64,000 nt of DNA, taken from NCBI GenBank assembly GCA_014384675.1, contig JACNFK010000014.1, positions 1,213 through 65,212 of the forward strand, given 5' to 3'. This DNA is from Candidatus Thiopontia autotrophica (GTDB lineage Bacteria > Pseudomonadota > Gammaproteobacteria > GCF-002020875). The notes beneath the pieces were generated by a model. It was not told where the DNA came from, ran no database searches, and was given only the letters and a program-made list of their open reading frames with translations. The translations under genes were made by a program, and so were the position numbers. This document shows positions 12,250 through 24,425 of this stretch, piece after piece (position 1 is the first letter of the stretch; every line of letters begins with the position of its first letter).

Positions 12250-13103
12250 TCAAGCGTCTTGCACTGATTGGGGTTGGATTGATTGGGGGGTCACTGGTGC
12301 GCGCACTTCGCGGTCAGAATGTGGTGGCTGAGGTTGTTGGTTATGGAAGAGACCGGGAAAATCTGCAGCGGGCAGTTGAGTTGGGAGTTATTGATGAGAT
12401 TGCGACAACTGTAGCCGATGCGGTAACGGGTGCAGATGTGGTTGTGGTTGCAACCCCACTTGGATCCATGCGCTCGGTCTTTGCAGAGATGGCTGATCAC
12501 CTCTCATCTGAGGTGATAATTACTGATGTGGGGAGTGTAAAGGGTAGTGTTGTTGAGGATGCCAGAACCGTTTTTGGAGCTGTTCCTGTACGCTTTATCC
12601 CCGGCCACCCAATTGCAGGTACAGAGAGAAGCGGGGTAGAGGCGTCACTCACCGATCTATATCAAGATCGTCGAGTAATTCTTACCCCACTTGAGAATAG
12701 CGATCCTGAGGCACTTCGTGTTGTAACGGAAATGTGGCAGGCAACAGGTGCAGATGTTGTAGAGATGAACATTGAGCACCATGACAAGGTGCTGGCTGCA
12801 ACCAGCCACCTCCCTCACCTGCTCGCCTACGCCCTGGTAGATTCACTTGCCAGGCAAGAGTCCCATAGCGAGATCTTCCGCTTTGCCGCAGGTGGATTTC
12901 GTGACTTCAGCCGCATTGCATCCAGCAACCCAACCATGTGGCGTGATATATCCCTGGCCAATAGAGAACACCTGTTACAGGCAATAGATCTATTTCAGGA
13001 TGAGCTTGATCAGGTAAAGAGGATGGTCAGATCTGAAGATGGGGCATCACTACAGGAGCTGTTTTCACGTGCCAAACAGGCACGGGATGAACACTACGAA
13101 TAG
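12246..13103 (+). CDS. tyrA: Prephenate dehydrogenase
   Basis: MIKRLALIGVGLIGGSL Rossmann motif. The ATG at 12246 overlaps the hisC stop (ATGA), so the ORF-track start at 12207 is probably an N-terminal over-extension. Confidence 0.85.
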   Translation: MIKRLALIGVGLIGGSLVRALRGQNVVAEVVGYGRDRENLQRAVELGVIDEIATTVADAVTGADVVVVATPLGSMRSVFAEMADHLSSEVIITDVGSVKGSVVEDARTVFGAVPVRFIPGHPIAGTERSGVEASLTDLYQDRRVILTPLENSDPEALRVVTEMWQATGADVVEMNIEHHDKVLAATSHLPHLLAYALVDSLARQESHSEIFRFAAGGFRDFSRIASSNPTMWRDISLANREHLLQAIDLFQDELDQVKRMVRSEDGASLQELFSRAKQARDEHYE

Positions 13104-13113
13104 AAGAGGGAGC

Positions 13114-13141
13114 GGGTATAATCCGCGCAAATTAATAGCAG
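13114..13141. repeat. Left copy of a 28 bp direct repeat (GGGTATAATCCGCGCAAATTAATAGCAG) flanking the fic cassette
   Basis: The same 28-mer recurs at 14462-14489 with one mismatch. Confidence 0.85.
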
Positions 13142-13197
13142 CAATTACGGTGACAGTTTACTGAATACACTTAATTCACCACCTTCGGGCCATGTTT

Positions 13198-14316
13198 CTA
13201 CGGCCTCAAGGCGCGTCCCGTAGAAAAGGGTGCCAACTGATACCTGGAGTTTCTGCCTCCACCTGGCAACTGCTCGATGGCCCCTGTTTTTAACAGTGCA
13301 GAGAGGTCACGATAAGCTGTCGCTCTGGAGCAGTGACAGATAGTCTCGTACTTTTTAGTACTTATGCCTCCCTCAAAACCTTTCGTCCCTTCGGCAAATA
13401 CTCGATTGATCATTTTGATCTGCCTCTTGTTTAGATCAGTTTTATGCCTCTCCCAGAACCGTGCTTTTCCCAAAACAAAATCAACCTCTGTTTTGGCAAT
13501 ATCTTGAGCACTGTTAATTTCAGAGATAAAAAATTCAATCCATTCATTTAGATTGAGGTTGCCGCATGATATTTTTTGCAACTGTGAATAATACTCTTTA
13601 CGGTTATGTTCTATGGCCGTTGCAAGACAGGCGAGTGTTGACTGGTTAAGAGATTGAGAAAGTGCATGGTCGGCAATGGCCCTTCCAACACGCCCATTCC
13701 CATCATCAAAAGGGTGAATAATCTCAAACCATGCATGCGCAACCGCAGCCTGAATAGGCCCAGGAAGAGAGGTGCTATTGTACCAAGTGAGCATTACTGC
13801 CATCTCTTCGTAAATATGCTCTGCAGGCGGTGCCTCATAATAGACTCGCCTTTTACCATAATGACCGCCAACAATTTGCATCGGCTCGGGTGAATTACGA
13901 TACATTCCGCGTGTGATTAGGCTTAGTGGTTGGTGTGTGATAACCATCGATTGCCATCTGCCGAGCAGTTCATCGCTCAATGGGCTATTCCATTCGTTTC
14001 TAACATCAACCATCAGAGCTGCTGCACCCACTGCTTTTGTATCTTTATGAGTGGGTGCGGTAGAGTCTTTCGCAATCAGTTGCATAATTGAAGAACGAAC
14101 TGATTCACGATCTAGCATTTCACCCTCAATAGCACTGGTTTTAATGGCCTCAGAGAGCATTAAAGAGACGGTAGCATCAGTTTGATAACTAGCAGGCAAT
14201 GCATCAACTGTTCCCATTAAACGGGCGGATTTAAGTTTAAAGTGTTCTATTTCCACACTAAAAGCACTTGAATCAAACTCAAAGTTGGGCCAGTTTTTAT
14301 TTTGCCATGTCCACAT
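13198..14316 (-). CDS. Fic family protein (AMPylation / Fic-DOC domain)
   Basis: Carries the canonical Fic motif HPFDDGNGRVGR and a C-terminal winged-helix-like tail. It is inserted between tyrA and aroA on the opposite strand. Confidence 0.8.
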   Translation of the reverse strand: MWTWQNKNWPNFEFDSSAFSVEIEHFKLKSARLMGTVDALPASYQTDATVSLMLSEAIKTSAIEGEMLDRESVRSSIMQLIAKDSTAPTHKDTKAVGAAALMVDVRNEWNSPLSDELLGRWQSMVITHQPLSLITRGMYRNSPEPMQIVGGHYGKRRVYYEAPPAEHIYEEMAVMLTWYNSTSLPGPIQAAVAHAWFEIIHPFDDGNGRVGRAIADHALSQSLNQSTLACLATAIEHNRKEYYSQLQKISCGNLNLNEWIEFFISEINSAQDIAKTEVDFVLGKARFWERHKTDLNKRQIKMINRVFAEGTKGFEGGISTKKYETICHCSRATAYRDLSALLKTGAIEQLPGGGRNSRYQLAPFSTGRALRP

Positions 14317-14389
14317 GAAGCGATGATAATCATTATTCGCTTCAAAATCAACTTTAAAATGAAGCGAATAATAGCGCTATTCGCTTCAA
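14316..14389. promoter_or_regulatory. Cluster of overlapping inverted repeats at the fic start and 5' region
   Basis: The unit TTATTCGCTTCA and its complement TGAAGCGAATAA occur several times. One example is TTATTCGCTTCA-N15-TGAAGCGAATAA, a perfect 12 bp stem. This looks like an operator or attenuator. Confidence 0.4.
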
Positions 14390-14461
14390 AATGCCCTTGC
14401 CATAGGTGTCCGGTTGTGCGCATCCACGCATTGCGTAATACGATACATTAGATGGGGGAAT

Positions 14462-14489
14462 GGGTATAATTCGCGCAAATTAATAGCAG
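14462..14489. repeat. Right copy of the 28 bp direct repeat (GGGTATAATTCGCGCAAATTAATAGCAG)
   Basis: It matches 13114-13141 at 27 of 28 positions and lies immediately upstream of the aroA RBS. Confidence 0.85.
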
Positions 14490-14493
14490 GGTA

Positions 14494-15813
14494 ATGAACA
14501 AGATGTCAGGTTTAAAATTCAAGGTGCAGCCAGGGGGCAGGTTGCAGGGGACAATCCGTGTTCCTGGGGACAAATCAATTTCTCACCGCTCAATCATGTT
14601 CGGTTCTCTGGCAGAGGGGACTACGGAAGTCTCCGGTTTTCTTCAGGGAGATGATAGTCTGGCCACCCTGAATGCATTTCGTCAGATGGGCGTTGAGATT
14701 GAGGGGCCAATCGATGGAAAAGTAACTATACATGGGGTTGGAATGGATGGGTTGACCAGGCCCGATGCCCCGCTTTATCTGGGTAATTCCGGTACATCCA
14801 TGCGTCTGCTCTCGGGACTTCTTGCGGGACAGAAATTTGATGTAACCCTTGCTGGAGATGAATCTCTCTCGGGTCGTCCGATGGGGCGGGTTATAAATCC
14901 ATTGGGAGAGATGGGGGCAGAGATCAGAAGTAATTCTGATGGTACAGCTCCTCTCCAGATCTCTGGCGGTGCAGAGCTGAAGGGTATCGATTACGAGATG
15001 CCAATGGCCAGTGCTCAGGTAAAATCATCACTCCTGCTTGCTGGTCTCTATGCCGATGGTGATACCTGCGTTACCGAGCCTGCCCCCACACGTGACCATA
15101 CCGAGAGAATGCTCACCGGTTTTGGGGTGGAGGTAAAACGAGATAGCAACAAAGTATGCCTTAGTGGAGGCGGCTCACTGAAGGCAACCAAAGTGGATGT
15201 TCCGGCAGATATCTCCTCGGCGGCCTTCTTCCTGGTTGGGGCCTCAATTGCAGATGGGTCTGACTTGACCCTGCAGCATGTTGGGATGAATCCAACCAGG
15301 ATCGGGGTGATCAATATCCTGAGAGAGATGGGGGCAAATATTGAGGTGTTGAATGAGAGGATTTCCGGTGGTGAGCCAGTGGCTGATCTTCGGGTTCAAT
15401 CTGCACCACTTCATGGAATAGAGATTCCTGTGGATCAGGTTCCTCTGGCAATTGACGAGTTTCCGGTGCTATTTGTTGCTGCTGCCTGTGCTGATGGAGA
15501 GACAACTCTTACCGGGGCAGAGGAGCTGCGGGTCAAGGAGAGTGACCGGATACAGGTGATGGCAGATGGGCTAACTACTCTGGGGGTAGATGCCAGGCCA
15601 ACTCCTGATGGAGTTGTGATTCAGGGTGGAAACATTGGTGGGGGGACTGTCTATTCGCACCATGACCACCGCATCTCAATGTCATTTGCAATGGCTGGGT
15701 TGCGGGCCACGGCACCAATCGAGATTGAGGGGTGTGACAACGTAAATACGTCTTTCCCCGGGTTTGCATCCCTGGCCTCTGGAGCAGGACTTCATATAGA
15801 GGAGGAGTTATGA
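14494..15813 (+). CDS. aroA: 3-phosphoshikimate 1-carboxyvinyltransferase (EPSP synthase)
   Basis: LQGTIRVPGDKSISHRSIMFGSLAEG and LGNSGTSMRLL are EPSPS hallmarks. Confidence 0.93.
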   Translation: MNKMSGLKFKVQPGGRLQGTIRVPGDKSISHRSIMFGSLAEGTTEVSGFLQGDDSLATLNAFRQMGVEIEGPIDGKVTIHGVGMDGLTRPDAPLYLGNSGTSMRLLSGLLAGQKFDVTLAGDESLSGRPMGRVINPLGEMGAEIRSNSDGTAPLQISGGAELKGIDYEMPMASAQVKSSLLLAGLYADGDTCVTEPAPTRDHTERMLTGFGVEVKRDSNKVCLSGGGSLKATKVDVPADISSAAFFLVGASIADGSDLTLQHVGMNPTRIGVINILREMGANIEVLNERISGGEPVADLRVQSAPLHGIEIPVDQVPLAIDEFPVLFVAAACADGETTLTGAEELRVKESDRIQVMADGLTTLGVDARPTPDGVVIQGGNIGGGTVYSHHDHRISMSFAMAGLRATAPIEIEGCDNVNTSFPGFASLASGAGLHIEEEL

Positions 15814-16502
15814 CCCGGAATGGTTCTGTAGTAACAATAGACGGCCCCGGTGGGGCGGGAAAGGGGACGATCTCACTGGCAGTTGCCGGTAGACTGGGAT
15901 GGGATTACCTTGATAGCGGTGCCCTCTACCGTGTATTGGGGCTTGCGGCAATACGTAAACAGATTGCACTTGATGATGAAGATGCGCTGGCTGCTGAGGC
16001 GGCAGATCTGGGGGTATCCTTTGGGGCTGGAAGTTCCGGTCTTGGTGTGGAGGTATTGCTTGATGGAGAGGAGGTTACATCCGATATAAGAACGGAATCA
16101 GCAGGTGATGCAGCATCCAGAGTGGCAGCACTGCCGGCGGTACGTGAGGCACTGTTGAGGCGTCAGCGTGATTTTGAACGCCCCCCAGGGGTGGTGGCAG
16201 ATGGCCGAGACATGGGGACCACAGTTTTTCCTGATGCGGCATTAAAAATTTTTCTTACGGCAAGTGCTGAAGAGCGTGCAAAAAGACGTTATAAGCAGTT
16301 GATCGAGAAGGGTGATAATGCTAATATTCGCGCCCTTCAAAGTGAGATTGAAGCGCGTGATCGCAGAGATTCAGAACGATCCACCTCTCCATTACGTCCT
16401 GCAGAAGATGCGGTGATATTGGATACAACAGAGATGGATATAGAGTCGGTGGTTGCCGCAGTAATGGGACTGGCTGCAGAGCAGGGTCTGGTTGCTGAGT
16501 AG
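15810..16502 (+). CDS. cmk: Cytidylate kinase
   Basis: ITIDGPGGAGKGT P-loop. The gene sits just upstream of rpsA, as is canonical. Confidence 0.92.
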   Translation: MTRNGSVVTIDGPGGAGKGTISLAVAGRLGWDYLDSGALYRVLGLAAIRKQIALDDEDALAAEAADLGVSFGAGSSGLGVEVLLDGEEVTSDIRTESAGDAASRVAALPAVREALLRRQRDFERPPGVVADGRDMGTTVFPDAALKIFLTASAEERAKRRYKQLIEKGDNANIRALQSEIEARDRRDSERSTSPLRPAEDAVILDTTEMDIESVVAAVMGLAAEQGLVAE

Positions 16503-16684
16503 ATCTGCTCTGTTGTAACTGTGTAACGGTGGAAGACATCAATCAAATCAGGTGTTTTCTGTTTTATTAATGGGTTCTAAATAGCTCCGAATCTGGACGA
16601 CTGAACCCCAACCGCTCTGTTGATGATGCTGAATGGAATTAGCTTGATCATCTTCTTGAGTAGATATTTTAGGAAAGAATTATT

Positions 16685-18367
16685 ATGAGTGAGAATTTTG
16701 CCGAGCTTCTGGAAGAGAGCTTTCGTTCAACTGTCATGGAAAATGGCGAATTGGTCAGCGGTACTGTCATCGATGTTACTGATGAGGTAGTGCTGGTAAA
16801 TGCCGGACTAAAAACCGAGGCAGCAATCCCGGCCGAACAGTTCCGTGGCCGTAATGGTGATATGGAAGTAGCTGTTGGCGACATTGTTGAGGTTGCACTT
16901 GAGTCTGTTGCAGATGGGTATGGTGAGACAATTCTCTCTCGTGAAAAAGCAAAACGCCAGGAGGCGTGGAATCGCTTGCAGACTGCGCTGGATGCTAATG
17001 AGACTGTTATTGGTGTAATTAGTGGCAAGGTTCGTGGCGGCTTCACTGTTGATCTGGACGATATCCGCGCATTTTTGCCGGGCTCTCTGGTTGATGTGCG
17101 CCCAGTTCGCGATACTGCATATCTTGAAGGCAAGGATCTGGAGTTCAAGGTTATTAAACTTGATCAGAAGCGCAACAATGTTGTGGTTTCACGTCGTGCA
17201 GTGGTTGAGGCAGAGTACAGCGCAGAGCGTGAGGAGCTGCTCAAGACTCTGGAAGAAGGTGTCAACATCAATGGTATCGTCAAGAATCTTACCGACTATG
17301 GTGCATTTATTGACCTGGGTGGTATTGATGGCCTGCTCCATATTACAGACATGGCATGGAAGCGTGTTCGTCATCCTTCAGAGATTGTTAATGTTGGTGA
17401 AGAGATCAGTGTGCAGGTTCTCCGTTATGACCGTGAACGTAGCCGTGTTTCACTTGGACTCAAGCAGATGGGTGAAGATCCATGGATGAATATTGCTCGT
17501 CGCTATCCTGCAGGTACTCGTGTCTTCGGCAAGATCACAAATATTGCTGATTACGGTTCATTTGTTGAGATCGAGGATGGTGTAGAAGGTCTGGTTCACA
17601 CCTCAGAGATGGATTGGACCAACAAGAATATCCACCCATCCAAGGTTGTATCAATGGGTGATGAGGTCGAGGTTATGGTATTGGATATCGATGAGGAGCG
17701 TCGTCGCATCTCTCTCGGTATGAAGCAGTGTAAGGCCAATCCATGGGAGCTGTTTACTCTTACTCACAAGAAGGGTGATCGTATCGTTGGCAACATCAAG
17801 TCAATCACAGAGTTTGGAATCTTTATTGGTCTTGAGGGGGATATCGATGGCCTGGTTCACCTCTCTGATATCTCCTGGAATGAGAGTGGCGAGGATGTGA
17901 TCCGCAACTTCTCCAAGGGTGATGAGGTTGAGACAGTTGTACTTGCAATTGATGCAGAACGTGAGCGCATCTCTCTGGGAATCAAGCAGTTGGAGCAGAA
18001 TCCATTCTCCACTTATGTGGCAGAGAATCCAAGAGGCACTATTGTGACTGGTACAGTTGGTGAGGTTGATGCTCGTGGTGCGGTAATTGTATTGAATGAA
18101 GATGTAACTGGTTATCTGCGTGTATCCGAGATCTCAAAGGATCGTGTAGAGGATGCACGAACCAATTTGAGTGAAGGCGACGAGATCGAAGTCGCAATTC
18201 TCGGAGTTGACCGCAAGTCAAATACCTTGAATCTCTCTATCAAGCAGAAAGACTCGCTTGATGAAGAGAAGGCTATCAAGGATTACAATGAGGCCAATGC
18301 TGTAGAGGAGGAGGCGGCGGGATCAACCACAATTGGTGATCTCATTAAAGAGCAGATGGACTCGTAA
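16685..18367 (+). CDS. rpsA: 30S ribosomal protein S1
   Basis: 560 aa with six S1 repeats. The N-terminus (FAELLEESF) is canonical. Confidence 0.97.
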   Translation: MSENFAELLEESFRSTVMENGELVSGTVIDVTDEVVLVNAGLKTEAAIPAEQFRGRNGDMEVAVGDIVEVALESVADGYGETILSREKAKRQEAWNRLQTALDANETVIGVISGKVRGGFTVDLDDIRAFLPGSLVDVRPVRDTAYLEGKDLEFKVIKLDQKRNNVVVSRRAVVEAEYSAEREELLKTLEEGVNINGIVKNLTDYGAFIDLGGIDGLLHITDMAWKRVRHPSEIVNVGEEISVQVLRYDRERSRVSLGLKQMGEDPWMNIARRYPAGTRVFGKITNIADYGSFVEIEDGVEGLVHTSEMDWTNKNIHPSKVVSMGDEVEVMVLDIDEERRRISLGMKQCKANPWELFTLTHKKGDRIVGNIKSITEFGIFIGLEGDIDGLVHLSDISWNESGEDVIRNFSKGDEVETVVLAIDAERERISLGIKQLEQNPFSTYVAENPRGTIVTGTVGEVDARGAVIVLNEDVTGYLRVSEISKDRVEDARTNLSEGDEIEVAILGVDRKSNTLNLSIKQKDSLDEEKAIKDYNEANAVEEEAAGSTTIGDLIKEQMDS

Positions 18368-18381
18368 CAAGCGGTTTTTGT

Positions 18382-18418
18382 GTGACTCCAGTGTCAGGAA
18401 AGGGTACACTGGAGTCAC
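18382..18418 (+). terminator. Perfect 12 bp stem-loop downstream of rpsA (putative terminator or attenuator)
   Basis: GTGACTCCAGTG-N13-CACTGGAGTCAC. There is no clear T-run after it. Confidence 0.4.
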
Positions 18419-18477
18419 ATCATACAACCAATAATTAACAAGTTACGAGACTAGATAGGTAGTTTACGGGGAGAATT

Positions 18478-18774
18478 ATGACAAAATCAGAACTGATTGA
18501 ATCGTTGTACAAAAAACTTCCGCATCTGGCATATACCGATGTTGAGATGGCGGTAAAGACAATCATCGAATCAATGACTGACGCATTAGGATCTGGTGAG
18601 CGAATCGAGATTCGTGGCTTTGGGAGTTTCTCTCTTCACCACCGTCCAGCAAGAATGGGAAGAAATCCTAAAACCGGAGCATCGGTTGAGTTGCATGAGA
18701 AGTTTGTTCCCCACTTCAAACCTGGAAAGGATCTGCGTGAGCGGGTTAATGAGGCTTGGCTCAAGCAACAGTAG
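18478..18774 (+). CDS. ihfB: Integration host factor subunit beta
   Basis: MTKSELIE...[10 protein letters not shown]...GRNPKTG is the HU/IHF signature. Confidence 0.95.
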   Translation: MTKSELIESLYKKLPHLAYTDVEMAVKTIIESMTDALGSGERIEIRGFGSFSLHHRPARMGRNPKTGASVELHEKFVPHFKPGKDLRERVNEAWLKQQ

Positions 18775-18798
18775 CAGTCCACCCATAGCAAGGGCTGT

Positions 18799-19038
18799 AT
18801 GCGTTTCCTTACCCTGATTCTGTTCCTGCTGGTTGCCGGTTTCGGCACTCTGTTTGCCGTACTTAATGCGGCCCCAGTCTTGTTTGATTACTATCTTGGG
18901 CAGGGCGAGATTCCACTCTCTCTATTGTTAGTTATTGTCCTGGCCTCTGGCGTACTGCTGGGAGTTCTATCTGCACTGCCACTGATACTCTCTCTGCGTA
19001 TTCGTCTTCGCAAGGCTGAGAAAAAAGCAGTAGAGTGA
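18799..19038 (+). CDS. lapA: Lipopolysaccharide assembly protein A (DUF1049 small membrane protein)
   Basis: 79 aa with two TM helices. It lies immediately upstream of lapB and downstream of ihfB. Confidence 0.75.
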   Translation: MRFLTLILFLLVAGFGTLFAVLNAAPVLFDYYLGQGEIPLSLLLVIVLASGVLLGVLSALPLILSLRIRLRKAEKKAVE

Positions 19039-20213
19039 GTACTCTATTTCCATACCTTGGTTTCGCACTGTTGCCGCTTGCAGCAGCCTCTGGCTGGTGG
19101 TTTGCCAGAAAAGGTGGGGTACAGGCTACGGACCAGCGCTGTTCCACACTATCTACAGACTACTTTCGCGGCCTAAACTATCTGATTAATGAGGAGCAGG
19201 ACCTGGCAATTGACCTCTTCTCCAAGCTGCTGGATGAGGATCCAAGCATGGTGGAGACACACCTGGCTCTGGGAACTCTGTTCCGCAGACAGGGTGATAC
19301 CTCACAGGCCATCCATCTCCACAGCAACCTGATTAAAAGTGAGAACCTTAACGACGAACAACGCAGTCTTGCCCTGTTGGAGTTGGGGCGGGACTATATG
19401 AAAGCCGGTCTGCTTGATCGTGCAGAGCAACCATTTCTTGATCTGATAGATCTTGGCTTTTACAAGAGTGATGCCTACGAATGGTTGGTAATGATCTACC
19501 AGCAGGAAAAAGAGTGGGATCGTGCTATTGATATGTTGGACAGACAACAGAAAAAAGATGGAAACAGTGCTGCAACAATTGCCCAGTTCCTTTGTGAAAA
19601 AGCGGAAATTGCCCGTTCTGGAGGAGACCTGAATGAGGCGTTTCATCTGGTGGAGCAGGCTCTTAAGCGAGATCCACTGGCAGTTAGAGCTACCATGATC
19701 AGGGCAGAGATTCTTGCTCTTAGGGAGGAAAATGGAGCAGCTATTGAAGAGTACAAGAAAATTGAGCAGCAGAACGCCAGTTATATACCAAATATTATCC
19801 ATCCACTGCTGAAACTTTATCGTCAGGATGGAGATCAGGAGGAGATTATCCGCTACCTTACCAATCTGTTGAAAAAGCATCCAAGCACCACGGTGTTGTT
19901 GGCAGCTGTTGAGCAGGTTCAATTGATGAGTGGTGATAGAAAGGCAGAGCTGTTTCTGGTAAACCAGTTGAAGAGCAAACCGTCCGTACGTGGTTTGGAG
20001 CGCCTGATTGAGCTGAATCTGAGACATGCCGAGGATGATCGTGCCAGAGAAGGGCTGTATGGTCTGCAGATGTTGACCAAGCAGCTACAGGAGGAGAAGC
20101 CAGAGTATCAGTGTAGCCACTGTGGTTTTCAGGCACACCACCTGCACTGGCAGTGCCCAGGGTGTAACAACTGGAATACCATTAAACCAATTGTCGGGGT
20201 ATCAGGGGAGTAG
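19035..20213 (+). CDS. lapB: Lipopolysaccharide assembly protein B (TPR repeats plus a C-terminal rubredoxin-like metal-binding domain)
   Basis: TPR repeats and a C-terminal CSHCGF...WQCPGCNNW motif. Confidence 0.85.
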   Translation: MSTLFPYLGFALLPLAAASGWWFARKGGVQATDQRCSTLSTDYFRGLNYLINEEQDLAIDLFSKLLDEDPSMVETHLALGTLFRRQGDTSQAIHLHSNLIKSENLNDEQRSLALLELGRDYMKAGLLDRAEQPFLDLIDLGFYKSDAYEWLVMIYQQEKEWDRAIDMLDRQQKKDGNSAATIAQFLCEKAEIARSGGDLNEAFHLVEQALKRDPLAVRATMIRAEILALREENGAAIEEYKKIEQQNASYIPNIIHPLLKLYRQDGDQEEIIRYLTNLLKKHPSTTVLLAAVEQVQLMSGDRKAELFLVNQLKSKPSVRGLERLIELNLRHAEDDRAREGLYGLQMLTKQLQEEKPEYQCSHCGFQAHHLHWQCPGCNNWNTIKPIVGVSGE

Positions 20214-20900
20214 GGTTGTGTTGATTGCGTGGAGTGCGGCAAGTGGATCTTCAGCAGCAGTAATCGGACGTCCAATGACTAGCCAGTTACTGCCAAGAGC
20301 AACAGCCTCTGCCGGTGTCATAACTCTTTTCTGATCACCACGCGCACTGCCGGCGGGGCGGATTCCTGGAGTAATCAGGCAGAAATCATCTCTCAGGGAG
20401 CCCCTTAATAGAGAGATCTCTCGTGGTGAGCAGACCACGCCATCCATTCCAGACTCCTCCGCAAGTGTGGCCAGGCGGAGTACCTGATTAGCAGGGTCAA
20501 TATCCAGACCGGTTTCGGCAAGGTCTCCACGGTCCATGCTGGTAAGAACAGTTACCGCAATAAGTAGTGGTGCACTCTCCCTGCTGGAAAGAGCATCGCG
20601 TGCAGCTTCCATCATCTTGCGTCCACCAGATGCATGAACATTGACCATCCACACCCCAAGGTCAGCCGCTGCTCTGCAGGCACTGGCTACAGTATTTGGG
20701 ATATCGTGATATTTAAGGTCAAGAAAAACATCAAACCCCATGGTTACCAACTGCTCTACACTCCTCGGGCCAGAGCGGGTAAAGAGCTCTTTGCCGACTT
20801 TGACTCTGCACTCTGCAGGGTCAAGTTGTCCTGCCAGATCCAGGGCCTTGCCAGCATCGGGAAAATCGAGTGCAACAACAACTTTTGACTGGTTTGCCAT
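20202..20900 (-). CDS. pyrF: Orotidine 5'-phosphate decarboxylase
   Basis: VVALDFP and KVGKELF motifs. The stop overlaps the lapB 3' end by 12 nt, with the two genes convergent. Confidence 0.9.
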   Translation of the reverse strand: MANQSKVVVALDFPDAGKALDLAGQLDPAECRVKVGKELFTRSGPRSVEQLVTMGFDVFLDLKYHDIPNTVASACRAAADLGVWMVNVHASGGRKMMEAARDALSSRESAPLLIAVTVLTSMDRGDLAETGLDIDPANQVLRLATLAEESGMDGVVCSPREISLLRGSLRDDFCLITPGIRPAGSARGDQKRVMTPAEAVALGSNWLVIGRPITAAEDPLAALHAINTTLLP

Positions 20901-20903
20901 GGG

Positions 20904-22361
<1,458 letters not shown>

Positions 22362-22384
22362 TTACAAGATGAGAAAATGGAGAG

Positions 22385-22990
22385 ATGAGTATAGATAGAG
22401 AGAAAGATTGCGCACTGCTTAATGAGCTCAAACAGGATCTTGTATTTCAGGACAATCTGCTTGGTACCCAACTTACATTCAATACTACCTGGGGGATTTT
22501 TAGCCCAAGAGGGATAGATGATGGGACCCATCTGTTGCTGAAATATCTGGAGGTGGAGGCTGATGAGACAATTATTGATATCGGTTGTGGGTATGGTCCT
22601 CTAGGTTTGGCTCTGGGGGGGCAGGCACCTGATGGAGAGGTTCATATGGTGGATAGAGATTATGTGGCTGTAGAGTATGCAAATAAAAATGCCAAAATAA
22701 ACAGGATGAGTCACTGTCGGGCATATACCTCCAATGGATTTAGCGAAGTACCAGAGAGCATGCGTTTTGACACAGTTGTATCCAATGTGCCGGCAAAAGT
22801 TGGTCGAGAGATGTTGACCATTTTATTGTGTGATGCCAGGTCCAGAATGAATCCCGGGGGGCAGATTGTGGTTGTTACAATCAATGGGTTGCGTGATTTT
22901 ATCAAGCGTAATTTCAAAGAGGTATTTGGGAACTACAAAAAACTCAAGCAGGGCAAGGCCTATACTGTGGCCAGAGCAATCATGGAGTAG
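22385..22990 (+). CDS. Class I SAM-dependent methyltransferase (MTS small domain, RsmC/RlmG-like)
   Basis: IDIGCGYGPLGLALGG SAM-binding motif and ...VVSNVPAKVG. 201 aa. Confidence 0.6.
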   Translation: MSIDREKDCALLNELKQDLVFQDNLLGTQLTFNTTWGIFSPRGIDDGTHLLLKYLEVEADETIIDIGCGYGPLGLALGGQAPDGEVHMVDRDYVAVEYANKNAKINRMSHCRAYTSNGFSEVPESMRFDTVVSNVPAKVGREMLTILLCDARSRMNPGGQIVVVTINGLRDFIKRNFKEVFGNYKKLKQGKAYTVARAIME

Positions 22991-22993
22991 CCT

Positions 22994-24382
22994 CTAAGGC
23001 TCCATGTCATACTGGCTAATCAGCCTTCTCAGGCGTGGGCGAGATACCCCCAGAATTTCACAGGCCCTTCCCTTATGCCATCCTGTGGCATCCAGAACGC
23101 GCAGTACATGTTCTCGCTCAACCTCTTGCAGAGATCGATTGACCTGGTCACTGACTGTTTCTGCCCGTTGCAGGGTTGAGTTCAGAGATTGATTCGGAAG
23201 GTCGCTTGCAAGAGCGCCGCTACAGAGATTTTCAGGTATCAGATCTGGGGTTATGGAGTCTCCTGGAGATAGTGCAACAAGCTTGGTTAGCAGGTTTTCC
23301 AGTTCACGAATATTCCCGGGCCAATCATACTGCTGAAAACAGTTGATAACCTCCATGCTTATCTGGCTTACATTTCTTCCCAGTTCACTGTTGATACGAT
23401 CCAGCAGGCTACGTACCAGATCCAGCAGATCATCCTTGCGTTCACGAAGTGGTGGAATATGGATAGTTACTACCTGGAGTCGATAGAATAGATCGGCACG
23501 GAACTCACCATTTTTAACCCGCTCATCAAAATCTATATTGGTAGCAGCTATAACACGTGCATTGTTGGTGATTGGATACTTGCCACCAACTGGAGTGAAC
23601 TCCTTCTCTTGTAGTACACGCAGTAATTTTGCCTGCATGTTTGGTGAGAGCTCTCCAATTTCATCAAGAAATATGGTTCCTCCCGAGGCAAGCTCAAATT
23701 TGCCAAGTTGTTTGGATGTGGCGCCGGTGAATGAGCCTTTTTCATGACCAAAAAGATCTGATTCCAGCAGGGTTTCGACAACGGCAGCACAATTTACGGC
23801 CACAAATGGACCGTCTGCAAGCTTTCCAGAGTTATGAATAGCATTGGCTACCAGCTCTTTTCCTGTGCCACTCTCTCCGGTAATAAGAACTGTGGCTGGG
23901 CTCTGTGCCACCATACCGATGGTCTTGAAAACCTCTCGCATCACATTGCTGTGGCCAACCATGGTTGAGCGGCTACTTGATGTGGATGCAGGTTCAACCA
24001 TCTGCTCAGTAGGACCATCTTGTGCCAGCAGGCGGGCTATCGACTGATCAAGTTCATCGATATCAATTGGTTTATGAATATAGTCATCAGCACCATTCTG
24101 CATTGCCTGAATAGTGCTCTCCATATCATGAAATGCAGTAATCATGATTATGTGTGCCTTGGGGAAAGTAGTAACAAATTCTGGTAGCCCCTCCAGTCCG
24201 GTTTTCCCCGGCATCTTAATATCGAGAATAATGATTTCAGGGGGGAGAGGCAGGGCTGATCCGGATGCGATTCCTTTATCAACACTGTGGCTGGTTGTAA
24301 CACTGTGCCCCTGCGCACCAAAATGGAGTTTAAGGGTTCTGCAGCTTGCCTCATCGTCATCGACAATTAATATATTTGCCAT
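22994..24382 (-). CDS. Sigma-54-dependent two-component response regulator (NtrC family: receiver, AAA+ and Fis-type HTH domains)
   Basis: Receiver domain (ILIVDDD...ILDIKMPG), a GESGTGKELVANAIH Walker A motif and a C-terminal HTH. Confidence 0.9.
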   Translation of the reverse strand: MANILIVDDDEASCRTLKLHFGAQGHSVTTSHSVDKGIASGSALPLPPEIIILDIKMPGKTGLEGLPEFVTTFPKAHIIMITAFHDMESTIQAMQNGADDYIHKPIDIDELDQSIARLLAQDGPTEQMVEPASTSSSRSTMVGHSNVMREVFKTIGMVAQSPATVLITGESGTGKELVANAIHNSGKLADGPFVAVNCAAVVETLLESDLFGHEKGSFTGATSKQLGKFELASGGTIFLDEIGELSPNMQAKLLRVLQEKEFTPVGGKYPITNNARVIAATNIDFDERVKNGEFRADLFYRLQVVTIHIPPLRERKDDLLDLVRSLLDRINSELGRNVSQISMEVINCFQQYDWPGNIRELENLLTKLVALSPGDSITPDLIPENLCSGALASDLPNQSLNSTLQRAETVSDQVNRSLQEVEREHVLRVLDATGWHKGRACEILGVSRPRLRRLISQYDMEP

Positions 24383-24425
24383 AATTCAGCTCTCTCTAAA
24401 TAATCTATATGCGGAAGGACAATTG

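Larger units (their letters stand above)
13114..14489. mobile_element. Putative inserted fic cassette bounded by 28 bp direct repeats
   Basis: The direct repeats bracket a single opposite-strand gene that interrupts an otherwise conserved tyrA-aroA junction. No integrase or transposase is present. Confidence 0.3.

Noticed and set aside
19302-20136. Minus-strand ORFs antisense to lapB
   Set aside because: They overlap the well-supported TPR/rubredoxin LapB frame and show no motifs.
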